Part shown: in pieces, positions 1 to 10,758 of the stretch
Position numbering within the stretch: position 1 is the stretch's first letter
Layout: every line of letters starts with the position of its first letter
NCBI GenBank assembly: GCA_048938105.1
Contig: JBHLMN010000009.1
Location: 1 to 64,000 of the forward strand
DNA: 64,000 nt
Direction: 5' to 3'
Origin: Promethearchaeota archaeon
GTDB lineage: Archaea; Asgardarchaeota; Heimdallarchaeia; Hodarchaeales; Hodarchaeaceae
Made by a program: the position numbers and the translations under genes
The notes under the pieces: model-generated
Database searches by the model: none
Told to the model about the DNA's origin: nothing
What the model saw: the letters and a program-made list of their open reading frames with translations, nothing else

Positions 1-177
1 AACACCATAAATAGGAAAAAAAGAGTAAAGGAGATTTATCCAATAAAAGAGGTTTATGTCATTTAATAAAGATCAGTTTGTCAGGATAGATGATTCCTTA
101 AAGTAGATTCAAGAACATGTATCACTACCTTAAAGATTTTCATACTTAATTATCCTAAAAAAGGTTGGCTGTTAATT

Positions 178-1260
178 CTATCTATATCTTCTTTTTTTGT
201 CTTTTCCTTTAAGATAGATAATTGAAAAGGACATTATTCCAAGAAAACCCATAAAATCTATACTAATTACTAGATTGGATTTTGTAGATACTACTGATCT
301 AATTGAAAAGCTTGCTGCATTCCTTACAATCTCAATGCACTCATCCTCATTTATAACTTCGATCACAATATTATATTCACCAATTTTCATTGCTGTAAAA
401 TTACCAAGATATTTATTATTACCTAATTTAAGCTCAACTTCTTCTACAACTGTAAAATTATTATTTTGATGGATATTTGCAGTAACTTGGGAAATCCCTG
501 AAGCGGCAATATTGTAAGGTAAGTCGGTTAGATTTACGGTCTCAACACTAATCTGAAAATTTGTGTTTAAATCCTCCGAAGTAGGTGTAAGAGAAGTTTT
601 GATAACATAAGAATATCCCAGTATTTCTTTAGCAATAGCAACACATAATTCATACGTGGGTGCAGCAAGATCACATTTTCCAGTGGGACCACCACCTCTA
701 CCACCAGTAACGATACGTTTATCAGAAATAATTTTAGCATCTACCTCAAAAATTCCACCTGCTAATTCAATATCATAGGCATAATGAGGATGTCCTACAA
801 CTTTTGTTCCATTAATAATGTCTGCATCAGCTAGTATAACTGTACTCACACAGAGAGTAGATATGACTAATCCTTCATTGTATGCAGTAGTAATGAACTC
901 TAACACAGATTTGTTATCTCTAAGGATGTGATGTTGAGCACCACTAGCAATAAAAACGCAGTCAAATTGTGAAATATTATTAATTTCAGAAATTAATATA
1001 TCCGATGCTATAAAAATTGGTTCCTTATTTGGACATCCCGTATGATTGTCTTTTAATCCTACAGTTGTAACATCCCATCCCCATTCTTCAAATTGATCTT
1101 TGACGGTAAAATAAGTGTTACCAACCCCATCAGCTATTAAAGAAAGAATATTGATGTCTTTCGAGTCTTGAGCTACAATTTGACAGGGATTTATAGATCC
1201 AATAGTGATGATCAATAGAATTATATAGAAAAAAGTTATGAGAAAACTGTTCTTAGCCAT
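178..1260 (-). CDS. DJ-1/PfpI family protein with signal peptide, C-terminal Ig-like region and membrane anchor
   Basis: DJ-1-like motifs (FDCVFIASG, STLCVS nucleophile Cys, RIVTG); hydrophobic N-terminus; C-terminal TM followed by basic tail KGKDKKRRYR. Confidence 0.8.
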   Translation of the reverse strand: MAKNSFLITFFYIILLIITIGSINPCQIVAQDSKDINILSLIADGVGNTYFTVKDQFEEWGWDVTTVGLKDNHTGCPNKEPIFIASDILISEINNISQFDCVFIASGAQHHILRDNKSVLEFITTAYNEGLVISTLCVSTVILADADIINGTKVVGHPHYAYDIELAGGIFEVDAKIISDKRIVTGGRGGGPTGKCDLAAPTYELCVAIAKEILGYSYVIKTSLTPTSEDLNTNFQISVETVNLTDLPYNIAASGISQVTANIHQNNNFTVVEEVELKLGNNKYLGNFTAMKIGEYNIVIEVINEDECIEIVRNAASFSIRSVVSTKSNLVISIDFMGFLGIMSFSIIYLKGKDKKRRYR

Positions 1261-1663
1261 TTTGATCGTTTTAAATCGTATCTATTCTTATTTTTATAAA
1301 CTCATATAAAAATGCAATTCAGTTATTTAGTTTAATACAGACAAGATTTTCTTCCTCCTCCATTATCCTATAAGTTCTCGGAATATAAATATCTTTCAAT
1401 TAGTAAAATTGGATATATTGAAGATAAATACACTGTTAAGGCAAATTCCTCTTTCTTTAGAAATACAAAGACATAATACTTTCTTAGATATCTAACAACA
1501 AATACAGTTAATTAATAAGTGTAATCAATAAGAAATTGTATTATATAAATGGATTTCATGATGCTTGAATCAAGTATTTAGCTTTTTAAAAAGGATTAAT
1601 TCTCAATATCCTTTAAATAAGGATTTAATTAATGGAAAATAATAGAATAAGGAGATCAATGAT

Positions 1664-2668
1664 TTGCAGTCTCTATCAGAATTGGGCGAAATCGCCATTG
1701 AAGTAAATAATTTAACAAAAACATTTGGGAAAGGAGAACAAAGAGTTGAAGCTGTGAAAGGAATATCACTTTCGGTAAAAAAGGGAGAAATATTTGGGTT
1801 TTTAGGCCCAAATGGAGCAGGAAAGACTACAAGTCTACGTATGATAGTTGGCCTTCTTAAACCAGATGAAGGAGTAGTTAAAATCTTTGGTATGGATCCT
1901 AAAGACGGAAAAAATAGTAAAACGCTAAAAAAATTTCTAGGAATAATTCCTCAAGAGATTAGTCTCTATGAAGAATTAACAGTTGAAGAAAACCTATGGT
2001 TTATGGCAAAAGCTTATCGAATTCAGAAAGAAAAGGCAGAAGATCGAATTAATAGCCTAATTACTAGGATGGGCTTAGATAACAAGCGAAAGTCTCTAGT
2101 TAAGAATTTATCAGGAGGACTTAAGAGGAGGGTAAACGTAATAATGGGCTTAGTTCACGATCCTGTGCTTGTCCTATGTGATGAGCCAACTCCAGGTTTA
2201 GATCCCCAATCACGAGTAGTAGTATGGGAGTTCATTCAAAACTTACCCAAAGAAGGGAAAACTGTCATTTTGACAACTCATTTTATGGAGGAAGCTGACC
2301 GCTTGTCGGATCGTGTTGCAATTATCGACCATGGTGAAATCCTTGTTTTAAATACCCCGAAAAAGTTGAAAGCCTCTATTGGAGAAGGAGATTTATTGGA
2401 ATTTGATTTAGCTGATGATTCAGAAGAACACTTACAGAAAATGGTTGACTTATTAAAGGGATTTACTACTTCCAAAGGATTAACGGTTGAAGATGCTTAT
2501 CTCTCGGAAGGAAGGATGGTAGTGAGAGCTTTGAACGTAATTCCGAATTTAGCACAAATATTAAATCGTATAGAAGAGCATGGGGCAGTAGTAGACAATA
2601 TGGCTATTAGAAACACCACACTTGAAGATGTGTTCATTAATTTAACAGGCAGAGCTCTTCGAAATTAA
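1664..2668 (+). CDS. ABC-2 type exporter ATP-binding subunit
   Basis: Walker A GPNGAGKTT, signature LSGG, Walker B VLCDEPT, H-loop TTH. Confidence 0.95.
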   Translation: MQSLSELGEIAIEVNNLTKTFGKGEQRVEAVKGISLSVKKGEIFGFLGPNGAGKTTSLRMIVGLLKPDEGVVKIFGMDPKDGKNSKTLKKFLGIIPQEISLYEELTVEENLWFMAKAYRIQKEKAEDRINSLITRMGLDNKRKSLVKNLSGGLKRRVNVIMGLVHDPVLVLCDEPTPGLDPQSRVVVWEFIQNLPKEGKTVILTTHFMEEADRLSDRVAIIDHGEILVLNTPKKLKASIGEGDLLEFDLADDSEEHLQKMVDLLKGFTTSKGLTVEDAYLSEGRMVVRALNVIPNLAQILNRIEEHGAVVDNMAIRNTTLEDVFINLTGRALRN

Positions 2669-2682
2669 GGATAAGGATTTTC

Positions 2683-4053
2683 ATGCTCATACTTGACATT
2701 ACTATACGTTTTCTCAAAGAATTACTTAGACTAAGGATTAGTCTTGTAGTACTTTTAGCAATGCCTGCTTTCATGGGATTTATGTTTGCCTTCGCTTTCG
2801 GAGCTTCAGGTCTAGGTGAGACTGAGACTTATTCTATTGGAATTATTAATAACGATGATGGGATTGGAGAAGACTTGTCTGAATATCTTAGAAATGATCC
2901 AATCTTATTAGCCAATCTTCCTTTTAATGAAACAACTATCGATAATGGATTTGCAGCTGACTTCATTGCAATTCTAAACACAACCACTTATCAAACAGAA
3001 GAAGAAAAATCAGACCAACATATTTTTTCTGTTCTAGAGTATAAAGATCAAAAAATGGGACAACAAGCTGTAGAAGATCGGCAGATAGATGCATTAGTTG
3101 TATTTCCTGAAAATTATTCAAACACAACATTATCCGCTTTTAACAATGCTTTCTTCTTTCAAAATAACATCTATATCCACAATCTGAGTTATCCAATGTG
3201 GTCTTATGATGGACCTCCTTTCCCCATCAATGAAAATAGTGAAATTATTATTATTGGAGACGAAGGTTATTCTCGGTATCAAATAACTAAAATCATACTT
3301 GATATTATTTTTTCCACTTTTAATGATCAAATAAAAGCTCTAAGTTATTCAGGGGGAAATCTGGACTTTTATTTCGAACCAATTACCTTGGAAGAGTATA
3401 GTGTCTTTGATACAATCTTTCCTGGGATTTTAGTATTTTCCGTCTTGATGCAAGCAGGAATGATGTCTGCTTTTCTAGTTGCAGAATTTGCTGAAACGAA
3501 AACTATTGCTAGGGTACGATTATCTTTGATCAAACCATATGAATACATTGCTGGGGTTACACTTTATGCATTCGTGTTATCTATCGTTCAATTGAGTATT
3601 CTTATGGTATTTGCAATTGTTGCTTTAGGCTTTAATCCTGCAGGTAATATTATTGAAGCGATGATTGTATTAGAACTTACGACAGTGTTTACAACAGCTC
3701 TTGGATTCCTTTTAGCTGGAATTTTTAAATCATCAGATACGGCTGGTCAATCTGCAGGATTTCTGATGACACCGTTAGCATTTATGTCGGGAGCATTTAT
3801 GGAAACACCAACAATAACAATTTTACCTGGAATTTTCCCAACCGCTTCAGGATTACAGAGAGACTTCATATTGTGGGATATATTGCCCTCCACACATGCT
3901 GTAAATGCATTAAGATCAATATTATTATATGAATTTTCTATAATTGACGTCTGGGCGGATGTGCTTTTTATTATACTCCCAAGTTTAATACTATTGATTT
4001 TCAGTATGATTTTCTACACAAAACGACGATTCAGGGGAGATATACCAAATTAA
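2683..4053 (+). CDS. ABC-2 type permease
   Basis: N-terminal TM, large extracellular loop, 5 C-terminal TMs; follows the ATPase. Confidence 0.9.
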   Translation: MLILDITIRFLKELLRLRISLVVLLAMPAFMGFMFAFAFGASGLGETETYSIGIINNDDGIGEDLSEYLRNDPILLANLPFNETTIDNGFAADFIAILNTTTYQTEEEKSDQHIFSVLEYKDQKMGQQAVEDRQIDALVVFPENYSNTTLSAFNNAFFFQNNIYIHNLSYPMWSYDGPPFPINENSEIIIIGDEGYSRYQITKIILDIIFSTFNDQIKALSYSGGNLDFYFEPITLEEYSVFDTIFPGILVFSVLMQAGMMSAFLVAEFAETKTIARVRLSLIKPYEYIAGVTLYAFVLSIVQLSILMVFAIVALGFNPAGNIIEAMIVLELTTVFTTALGFLLAGIFKSSDTAGQSAGFLMTPLAFMSGAFMETPTITILPGIFPTASGLQRDFILWDILPSTHAVNALRSILLYEFSIIDVWADVLFIILPSLILLIFSMIFYTKRRFRGDIPN

Positions 4054-4072
4054 GGTTGTGTGTGTGGTATTT

Positions 4073-5401
4073 ATGCTTCTTTTTAGTACTTTTATTCGAA
4101 CAATCAAACAGACATTGAGAAGTCCTACCCGTTTAGTTCTAATTGTAGGTTTCCCGTTAGCGTTTACACTTGTTTTTGCATTTATATTCGGAGGAGAAAA
4201 TATAGTAAGTGGGGGAGATTCAACTCTTTCAATAGGAGTCATTAACCATGACGAGGGTGAATATGTCACCATTGGCCATTGGGGAGAGGATTTTACGAAG
4301 TACTCAAAGACTTGGTTTAAAAATGTCACTCAAAATCCGTTTTTCATTGGTTTTGGCCAACTTTTTATCGATAGCTTAAAAGGAGAAACGCCTCTTGGTA
4401 TTACTAATGAAACATTCCACATCACAACCTTTAGTACTGTGAAAGAGGCAAAGCTCGCTGTACAATCCAGAGCTATCACTCTCGCCTTAAGAATTCCTAA
4501 CAACTTTTCCTATGGGATTCTCTCTGGAATGAATTCTCACGAAAAGATTATCAATGGAATACCATTGGTTAATGATCCTGAAATTCAAAATGTGAATATC
4601 ACAATTGAACTAATTGGAGATCCAAGTTATATGGCTTTTCAAACAACTCAAACAGAGATTGAGTCAGCAATGAAAGCCTTTAAATCAAATTTCTATAGTG
4701 TTAAACTTGTTGCAGGTAACTTTGATACTGATTTCCAAAATGTTATTAGTTACGAATTAACCCAGTTTGATTATTTCATTAGTGGATTCTTGACCTTTGG
4801 CTTAGTATTATCATCAAGTAGCATTGCTGGAATTCTAGGCGATGAACGAGAATATAGAACTTTGGACAGACTAAAAATCTCTAACATGCATCCTATTGAA
4901 TTGCTAGGAGGGGTTTCTTTCACCCAGATTGCGACAGGTGGGGTTCAGCTAGCAATTATGATGGGTACAGCTTATTTAATAGGATTCCGTGGTCAAGGGA
5001 ATCCATTTAATGCATTCATTGTAGCAATGCTTACGATAATTCCAATTTTAGGATTGGGATTTTTTGTAAGTGCATTCGTACCCAATGGTCGTGATGCAAC
5101 AGGTGTTATAGCTATGTTGTCAGCTCCGATTGGATTTCTGTCTGGAGCATTTCTCCCTGTACCTGAAGTTCCATTGATCCCTGATATGATACCAACTGCT
5201 TCTGGGAGCCTTCGAGCGCTGCAATTGTGGGATTTCTTCCCCTTTTATTCGAGTACGACCGCAATCCGTAATATTTTGCTTTTTGATCATAATCTTAACC
5301 AAGTATTTCCAGAATTATTCTTTCTTGTGATAAGTGGTTTGATTTTTTTCATCTTTGGCACTATTTTCTTTGTTTGGCGGGTATTTAAACCAGAAAAGTG
5401 A
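4073..5401 (+). CDS. ABC-2 type permease (second paralog); probable start at ATG 4073 rather than 4058
   Basis: Same topology as the upstream permease; shared PTASG...LWD motif. Confidence 0.88.
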   Translation: MLLFSTFIRTIKQTLRSPTRLVLIVGFPLAFTLVFAFIFGGENIVSGGDSTLSIGVINHDEGEYVTIGHWGEDFTKYSKTWFKNVTQNPFFIGFGQLFIDSLKGETPLGITNETFHITTFSTVKEAKLAVQSRAITLALRIPNNFSYGILSGMNSHEKIINGIPLVNDPEIQNVNITIELIGDPSYMAFQTTQTEIESAMKAFKSNFYSVKLVAGNFDTDFQNVISYELTQFDYFISGFLTFGLVLSSSSIAGILGDEREYRTLDRLKISNMHPIELLGGVSFTQIATGGVQLAIMMGTAYLIGFRGQGNPFNAFIVAMLTIIPILGLGFFVSAFVPNGRDATGVIAMLSAPIGFLSGAFLPVPEVPLIPDMIPTASGSLRALQLWDFFPFYSSTTAIRNILLFDHNLNQVFPELFFLVISGLIFFIFGTIFFVWRVFKPEK

Positions 5402-5426
5402 AGAATGCAAAAAATACATTATGGTC

Positions 5427-7361
5427 TTATGAATTCTCTTCAAGAATTCTCCGTGCATCTTCTAAATATCGATAAACAGATAGGTCTTTAGTTGTGCGTA
5501 ATTGCTGCCCTTCTTGCTCAATTAAGTTGATAGCCTCTAATGCTTTCTTTTTTTGTCTAAAAAGATGATAGGTATCAGCATCTTTAATGATTTCAGTATA
5601 GAGCTGATAGGCTTTATCATAATTTGATTGGTAGCGAGCAAGATGAGCTTTCAACAGGTTACATTCCAGAATAAAAGCTGATATTTTTTTCTCTTTAACC
5701 TCTACTTCCAGATCAGCTAAAAGAGATTCTGCTTCTTTAAAAGCGTTCAGATTCCCTGTTCTGGACATTTCTACTAGAAGTTCGATGTACATTAGTTCAT
5801 CAGATAGTGCAGATGCTCCAATTTCTTTTATTTTTTCAAGAGATGATTGAAAAGCTTTCTTAGCTAATCCAAAATTCATTTCATTCTTTTCTATAATCCC
5901 AAGTAAATGATAATATGAAGCTTGATCCCAATTTGATTTACAATTGTCTTTTTGATCTATTAAAAGCGTTCTTGCCTCTTCTATCTTATTTAATGCTAAT
6001 AACACGTTAATCTCGTATTTTAGGATCTTCAATTCGCTATATGGTTCTTTAAATTGAGACTTCAATTGGTCATTGATCCTTCTAGCTTCTGCTATTGCAT
6101 GAGAAGCCTTTTCGTAATTATTTTGCTGATAATAAAGATCACAAAACAATAATTGAATGTGTACTTCAGACCAACCTGCATATTTATATTGAGATTTTTG
6201 AGCAAGATTTAATGCTTTATTCAAGATCTCCTCTGATTCTTTGAATTTTCCAGAAAGTTGAAGAGTACGAGCATATTCAGTATAGACATTGATACGTAGG
6301 AAAGAAGCTGGTTTCTCGCCCTTTATTAGAGTATCTGGTTGTTTTTCAAAGAAAAGAAGAAGTTCTTTCCATATTTTGATGGCTTCTTCCCATTCTCCCG
6401 TAAGATGTCTTAAGATACCGATTCCCCAAAGTGCATTATGATAGCCAATTTCATAATTTACCTCCCCGAATTCCTTTTGAGCTTCCTTAAACCATTTGAT
6501 TGCTTTTTGATAAGCACCCTGTCCTCTATAAGCAATAGCTAATGCACGTTTAATTTCAGCAGATTGCTTGAGGTTTCTTTCGTTCTCTGGTAAATCTCTT
6601 TCATATTCCAGAGTGGATTTAAGGAGATCAGCTGCTTGATTGAATTCCGCTTTCTGGACCAGTAAGAAGCTTTTTTCAATCTGAGAATGAATGTAATCTT
6701 TGCTTTCATAATCTGGGTCTGAGCAACAAGAGTCAATCACTTTAATAGCTTCATCAATCTCCCCTTTCTTCTTAAATGCTGTCGCAAGTTCGTCTTTTAG
6801 AGAAATTCTTATTTCCCTTTCATCTTCTTCTGGTAAATGTATGGAAATAGCTGGTAGGAGCTTTTTATCAATGTCCTGAAGGATTTCTATAGCCTCATCG
6901 TATGATCTCTTCTCTCTAGCACTGACCCCTGTTTCTTTTATCGACTTTAATATCGATATTATTCCAGCTTCATCAAGTTTTTTCTCTTTCAATTCAATTT
7001 GCTTTGACTCCTGGATGTCCTCCTTCACCTTAGGAATCTCTTTTTTCAACGTTTCTAATTCTTGTTCAATAGTTTTATATATCTCTTCTGTCCAGGTTTT
7101 ATCCCCAAAAATCTCTTGGATATGATCGATAGCTTCATCTACCCCCTTCAAAGATATTTTTAAACCTTGAGCTAGATCTTGTTGTAGTTCATTAGCAAGA
7201 TTCTGTGCTAAATCCTCTTTGATTATTTTTATCTTCTTACTTGCTCTCTTAAGCTTTTCTTGATAATCAGCGTTAAACAATAGATTCTCAGGTTTTTCCT
7301 TATCCATACTGTCTTTATTGGGTTTAGGTATAATCAAAACCTCCAAGAAAGAAATAAACAA
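5427..7361 (-). CDS. Tetratricopeptide-repeat protein with N-terminal coiled coil (start possibly ATG 7307)
   Basis: Multiple TPR-like units (ALAIAYRGQGAYQKAIKWF; GIGILRHLTGEWEEAIKIW; YARTLQLSGKFKESEEILNKAL). Confidence 0.8.
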   Translation of the reverse strand: MFISFLEVLIIPKPNKDSMDKEKPENLLFNADYQEKLKRASKKIKIIKEDLAQNLANELQQDLAQGLKISLKGVDEAIDHIQEIFGDKTWTEEIYKTIEQELETLKKEIPKVKEDIQESKQIELKEKKLDEAGIISILKSIKETGVSAREKRSYDEAIEILQDIDKKLLPAISIHLPEEDEREIRISLKDELATAFKKKGEIDEAIKVIDSCCSDPDYESKDYIHSQIEKSFLLVQKAEFNQAADLLKSTLEYERDLPENERNLKQSAEIKRALAIAYRGQGAYQKAIKWFKEAQKEFGEVNYEIGYHNALWGIGILRHLTGEWEEAIKIWKELLLFFEKQPDTLIKGEKPASFLRINVYTEYARTLQLSGKFKESEEILNKALNLAQKSQYKYAGWSEVHIQLLFCDLYYQQNNYEKASHAIAEARRINDQLKSQFKEPYSELKILKYEINVLLALNKIEEARTLLIDQKDNCKSNWDQASYYHLLGIIEKNEMNFGLAKKAFQSSLEKIKEIGASALSDELMYIELLVEMSRTGNLNAFKEAESLLADLEVEVKEKKISAFILECNLLKAHLARYQSNYDKAYQLYTEIIKDADTYHLFRQKKKALEAINLIEQEGQQLRTTKDLSVYRYLEDARRILEENS

Positions 7362-7546
7362 TAGAATTATATCATTTTATGAAAAAATAGAGGTTTTTTG
7401 AAAAAAATTTCTCTCTATTGTGTTGACCTCTTAATAATGACACTTAGGTATTCCATCAAAAGAATAAATATCTTATTGTTTGGGCAAGATCAATATATTT
7501 AATATATATTGGTTTAAAATAAAAGAAATTCTGGAAAAAGATCGAA

Positions 7547-8503
7547 TCATTTAGGGTTTTTGAACCCCAAATCGATTAATTGGCCATAAATAACTGCGAC
7601 AGCATAATTAGTGTATAATTCATTATGTGGAACATCACTTCTTCCATTTAATATCTGTTCAATAAATTCTTCTACAACATATTTTGTAGTTCCACGTTCT
7701 AAGAACTTAGTTTTGACAAAATCACGGAAAAAGTAAGAAAAATCTACATGCTCTTTCAACACTTCTTTCACTTTTTCATAGCCTTTAACTGCTCCTGCAT
7801 GCGCATATCCAACAGTATAAGGTTTTAAATCAATTATTTTTTTTAAACTTTCTATATAAGTCTGAAAATGAAATTCAGGAGGCATAGAACTTGGAACTGT
7901 CTTTAGCATTTGTGAATGTGATAATCCTCCTGCACACTCGCCTAAATATACAAATTCGGTTTTTCCATCAGTAGATAGTGTTGGACTGATGTGGTCATAT
8001 GTATGACCTGGGGTTGATACAAGTTTAAATTGTTTCTCAAGTCCAGGAATTTGAATAGATTCCTCAGGTTCTACAATTTTATACGCATCATCAGGTAAGG
8101 GGTTCATTATTCCGATACGTTCACCAAATGTTCTTTTCGCGCGATTAAGGTGTTCTTGGGAATTTTGTAATAATTTCTTGGTTTTATTTATTGTTAAAAC
8201 CTTCACATCAGGATTCAACTCTTTGATTTTTCCCCATAATTTCCATCCCCCCCCAAAGTGATCAAAATGATGGTGAGTAGGAATCAAATATTTGATTTTT
8301 TTAAACGAAATATTCTTTTCCTTTAAAAATGTGAGAATTGAACTCACATCATCAGATGTCCCAACATCCATTATAATAGTTGACTCTGAAGTGATTAACA
8401 AATATATTGAGCAAGAACGAGGGAGATTATATTGTTTGATATCCAAATGATAGATCTCACTTGTTATTTTCCCTGAAACTGTTATTATCGGCGTTCTGCT
8501 CAT
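7547..8503 (-). CDS. Metallo-beta-lactamase fold hydrolase
   Basis: THHHFDHFGG (HxHxDH), TPGHT, AH motifs. Confidence 0.9.
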   Translation of the reverse strand: MSRTPIITVSGKITSEIYHLDIKQYNLPRSCSIYLLITSESTIIMDVGTSDDVSSILTFLKEKNISFKKIKYLIPTHHHFDHFGGGWKLWGKIKELNPDVKVLTINKTKKLLQNSQEHLNRAKRTFGERIGIMNPLPDDAYKIVEPEESIQIPGLEKQFKLVSTPGHTYDHISPTLSTDGKTEFVYLGECAGGLSHSQMLKTVPSSMPPEFHFQTYIESLKKIIDLKPYTVGYAHAGAVKGYEKVKEVLKEHVDFSYFFRDFVKTKFLERGTTKYVVEEFIEQILNGRSDVPHNELYTNYAVAVIYGQLIDLGFKNPK

Positions 8504-8641
8504 TAGATATTACCTCATTACTCTATTTTAATATGAAGAAAAATGTGAGAGTTAAATTTAACTAATTCATAAAAAATAAAAAAGTTAATGGAACAGCTCT
8601 CTATTAAGGAATAAACAATCTATAACAAATTTAAGATTAGA

Positions 8642-9412
8642 TCAAGAGAATCTTTTAGCTACGGTTTTTTCATGCAAGAAAAAGGCAGCAATTAAAGATA
8701 GGAGAGTAAACCCCAGTAAAATACTAAAGTCTAAGAGAAAACCGAGGGTTCCAAATGAACTTTCAGTTCCAAGACCAATGTTAATTATATCAATGAAATA
8801 AGTAAGTGGGGAAATTACTGCTAGAGGTGTAAAAGAAACTGGCATAAATAAAGGGCTTATGAATATTATTGGAAATTTTACTAAGATGGTTAAAATCATA
8901 GTATTAGCAGGCATATCCGTTGGAGGTACAGAAAGAATTAAGGAAAAACTAGAAAATGCTAAGGCAGCAATAATAATTCCCAAGGTAATTAAAAGAAAAT
9001 TCATTTGGAAATCAAAAAATATGATTCCTCCTAATATCAAAGGGATAGTTGAAAATATACACCCAAAGACAACTGAACTCCACAAATTCCCTAATAAAAT
9101 TGTTTTAATTGAAATTGGACAAGTTATTAATCTTTCAAGGGTCATTTGTCTTGTTTCCCATGGAAACACTACGGGGCCAATAGAGGTCGAAGTCAAGAAG
9201 AGAACCATGGCCATAAGACCAGAGATAATATAAACGGGGGCAATATTTCTGCCGATAGTAAATGCAAAAAATAGCATTATTGGAAAAAGTATTCCCTGAA
9301 TGACAACAGGCCCTTTATTATAATAAATCCTAAGATCTTTTTTCATAATAACAAATGATCGCTTTAACTGAGTGGTGAGGGATGTTGGATTATCTAAAGT
9401 AATTTCTTGCAC
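8642..9412 (-). CDS. ABC-2 type permease; probable GTG start at 9412 (ORF track starts at 9469)
   Basis: Six TMs, ET...TLERL motif, SPLTY; GAAGGAGG ribosome-binding-like sequence just upstream of GTG 9412. Confidence 0.85.
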   Translation of the reverse strand: MQEITLDNPTSLTTQLKRSFVIMKKDLRIYYNKGPVVIQGILFPIMLFFAFTIGRNIAPVYIISGLMAMVLFLTSTSIGPVVFPWETRQMTLERLITCPISIKTILLGNLWSSVVFGCIFSTIPLILGGIIFFDFQMNFLLITLGIIIAALAFSSFSLILSVPPTDMPANTMILTILVKFPIIFISPLFMPVSFTPLAVISPLTYFIDIINIGLGTESSFGTLGFLLDFSILLGFTLLSLIAAFFLHEKTVAKRFS

Positions 9413-9413
9413 T

Positions 9414-10424
9414 TTATATTCCTCCTTCATTAATAATTTGTAGAAAAACATCCTGTAAATGTGGTTCATATGTATTTATTTTATCTATCTTTAAATTATT
9501 TGATTTAGCATAATCTACAATATCACAAAGACCATCATTAAAGTTGCTAACAATGATTCGATAATTATTCTCAATTTTCGAAATCTTCTTGAGATATGGT
9601 AAAGTAATCATTTCTTTTTCATTGATTTCTTTATTTTCGAAACAAACGTCTAAAGCTAGATATTCTTGCTTTAGTTTTAACAAATTTTCTGGTGTATCTA
9701 ATCCTACCAGTTTTCCTTTATTTATAATCCCTATTCTGTCACATAACTCATTTGCAACATCCATATTGTGCGTTGTGAGGACTATTGTCATACCTGTTTT
9801 GTGATATTCTCTTATTAGATTTTTAATAATAATACTACTTTGTACATCCAAACCTGAAGTTGGTTCATCTAGAAAAATCACTTTTGGTTTACTTATTAAC
9901 GCCATACACAATAATAATCTTTGTTTCATTCCTTTTGAATATTTCTTTGCTTTGAGATTACGATTTTCAAAAATTCCAAACTTTTTTAACAGATATTCGG
10001 CCTGTTTATTTCGTTCAGTCTTCTTTACACCATAAAGTTCACCAATTAACTCTAAATTTTGGAGTCCTGTCAGATCAAGGTAGGCATTTGCCATTTCTGG
10101 TACATTACCGATGATTTGTTGGATTGCTATTCTATTTTTCAAGAAATCTCTCTCCAATATGGTGATCCTCCCAGCTGTTGGTTTTAACACTCCTGTTAGC
10201 ATTCGTATGGTTGTAGTCTTCCCAGCACCATTAGGCCCCAATAAACCGAAGATTTCTCCCTTTATAACTTGAAAACTTATATTATCGACAGCTCGTATGA
10301 CATCTTTATAAGTAGCCTTCTGCTTTTCTTTGTCTAGCGATAATTTTCGTGCTTTAGGACTTTTAGGAGTAGAAAAGTGTTTGGATAAATCATTAACCTC
10401 AATTGCAATACTCATCATTATCAA
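9414..10424 (-). CDS. ABC exporter ATP-binding subunit
   Basis: GPNGAGKTT, YSKGMKQR, FLDEPTSGLD, TTH. Confidence 0.95.
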   Translation of the reverse strand: MIMMSIAIEVNDLSKHFSTPKSPKARKLSLDKEKQKATYKDVIRAVDNISFQVIKGEIFGLLGPNGAGKTTTIRMLTGVLKPTAGRITILERDFLKNRIAIQQIIGNVPEMANAYLDLTGLQNLELIGELYGVKKTERNKQAEYLLKKFGIFENRNLKAKKYSKGMKQRLLLCMALISKPKVIFLDEPTSGLDVQSSIIIKNLIREYHKTGMTIVLTTHNMDVANELCDRIGIINKGKLVGLDTPENLLKLKQEYLALDVCFENKEINEKEMITLPYLKKISKIENNYRIIVSNFNDGLCDIVDYAKSNNLKIDKINTYEPHLQDVFLQIINEGGI

Positions 10425-10486
10425 CTGCTAATAAGAAATTAAATTAAAGCTTTTATCATTTCTGCAAAGTAATCTCTTCTTGATTT

Positions 10487-10651
10487 CTAATCTGATGACA
10501 GTTTTGTTGCCAGTTCTTTAATACACTTAAGCCTCGCAATAACATCCTCAATACATTCGTTGAGGTGTTCCATCTTTTCTAAACGGTTCATCTCTTCATG
10601 ATGTGCTATTTTGTGCTTCCCACAATTACAATCTTTTCTTTTTTCTGCCAT
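10487..10651 (-). CDS. Small (54 aa) Cys/His-rich protein, not in ORF track
   Basis: Manual translation MAEKRKDCNCGKHKIAHHEEMNRLEKMEHLNECIEDVIARLKCIKELATKLSSD*; fills the gap directly upstream of the ABC ATPase, same strand. Confidence 0.6.
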   Translation of the reverse strand: MAEKRKDCNCGKHKIAHHEEMNRLEKMEHLNECIEDVIARLKCIKELATKLSSD

Positions 10652-10758
10652 TTTTTTTCACTTTTACTTCTTTTTTAACAACTTTATAATGTGGATTAAC
10701 ACCAAAAACTAAAGCTTAATAAATTATTCACTAAATACTTTGTTAGTTACTGTGGTGG

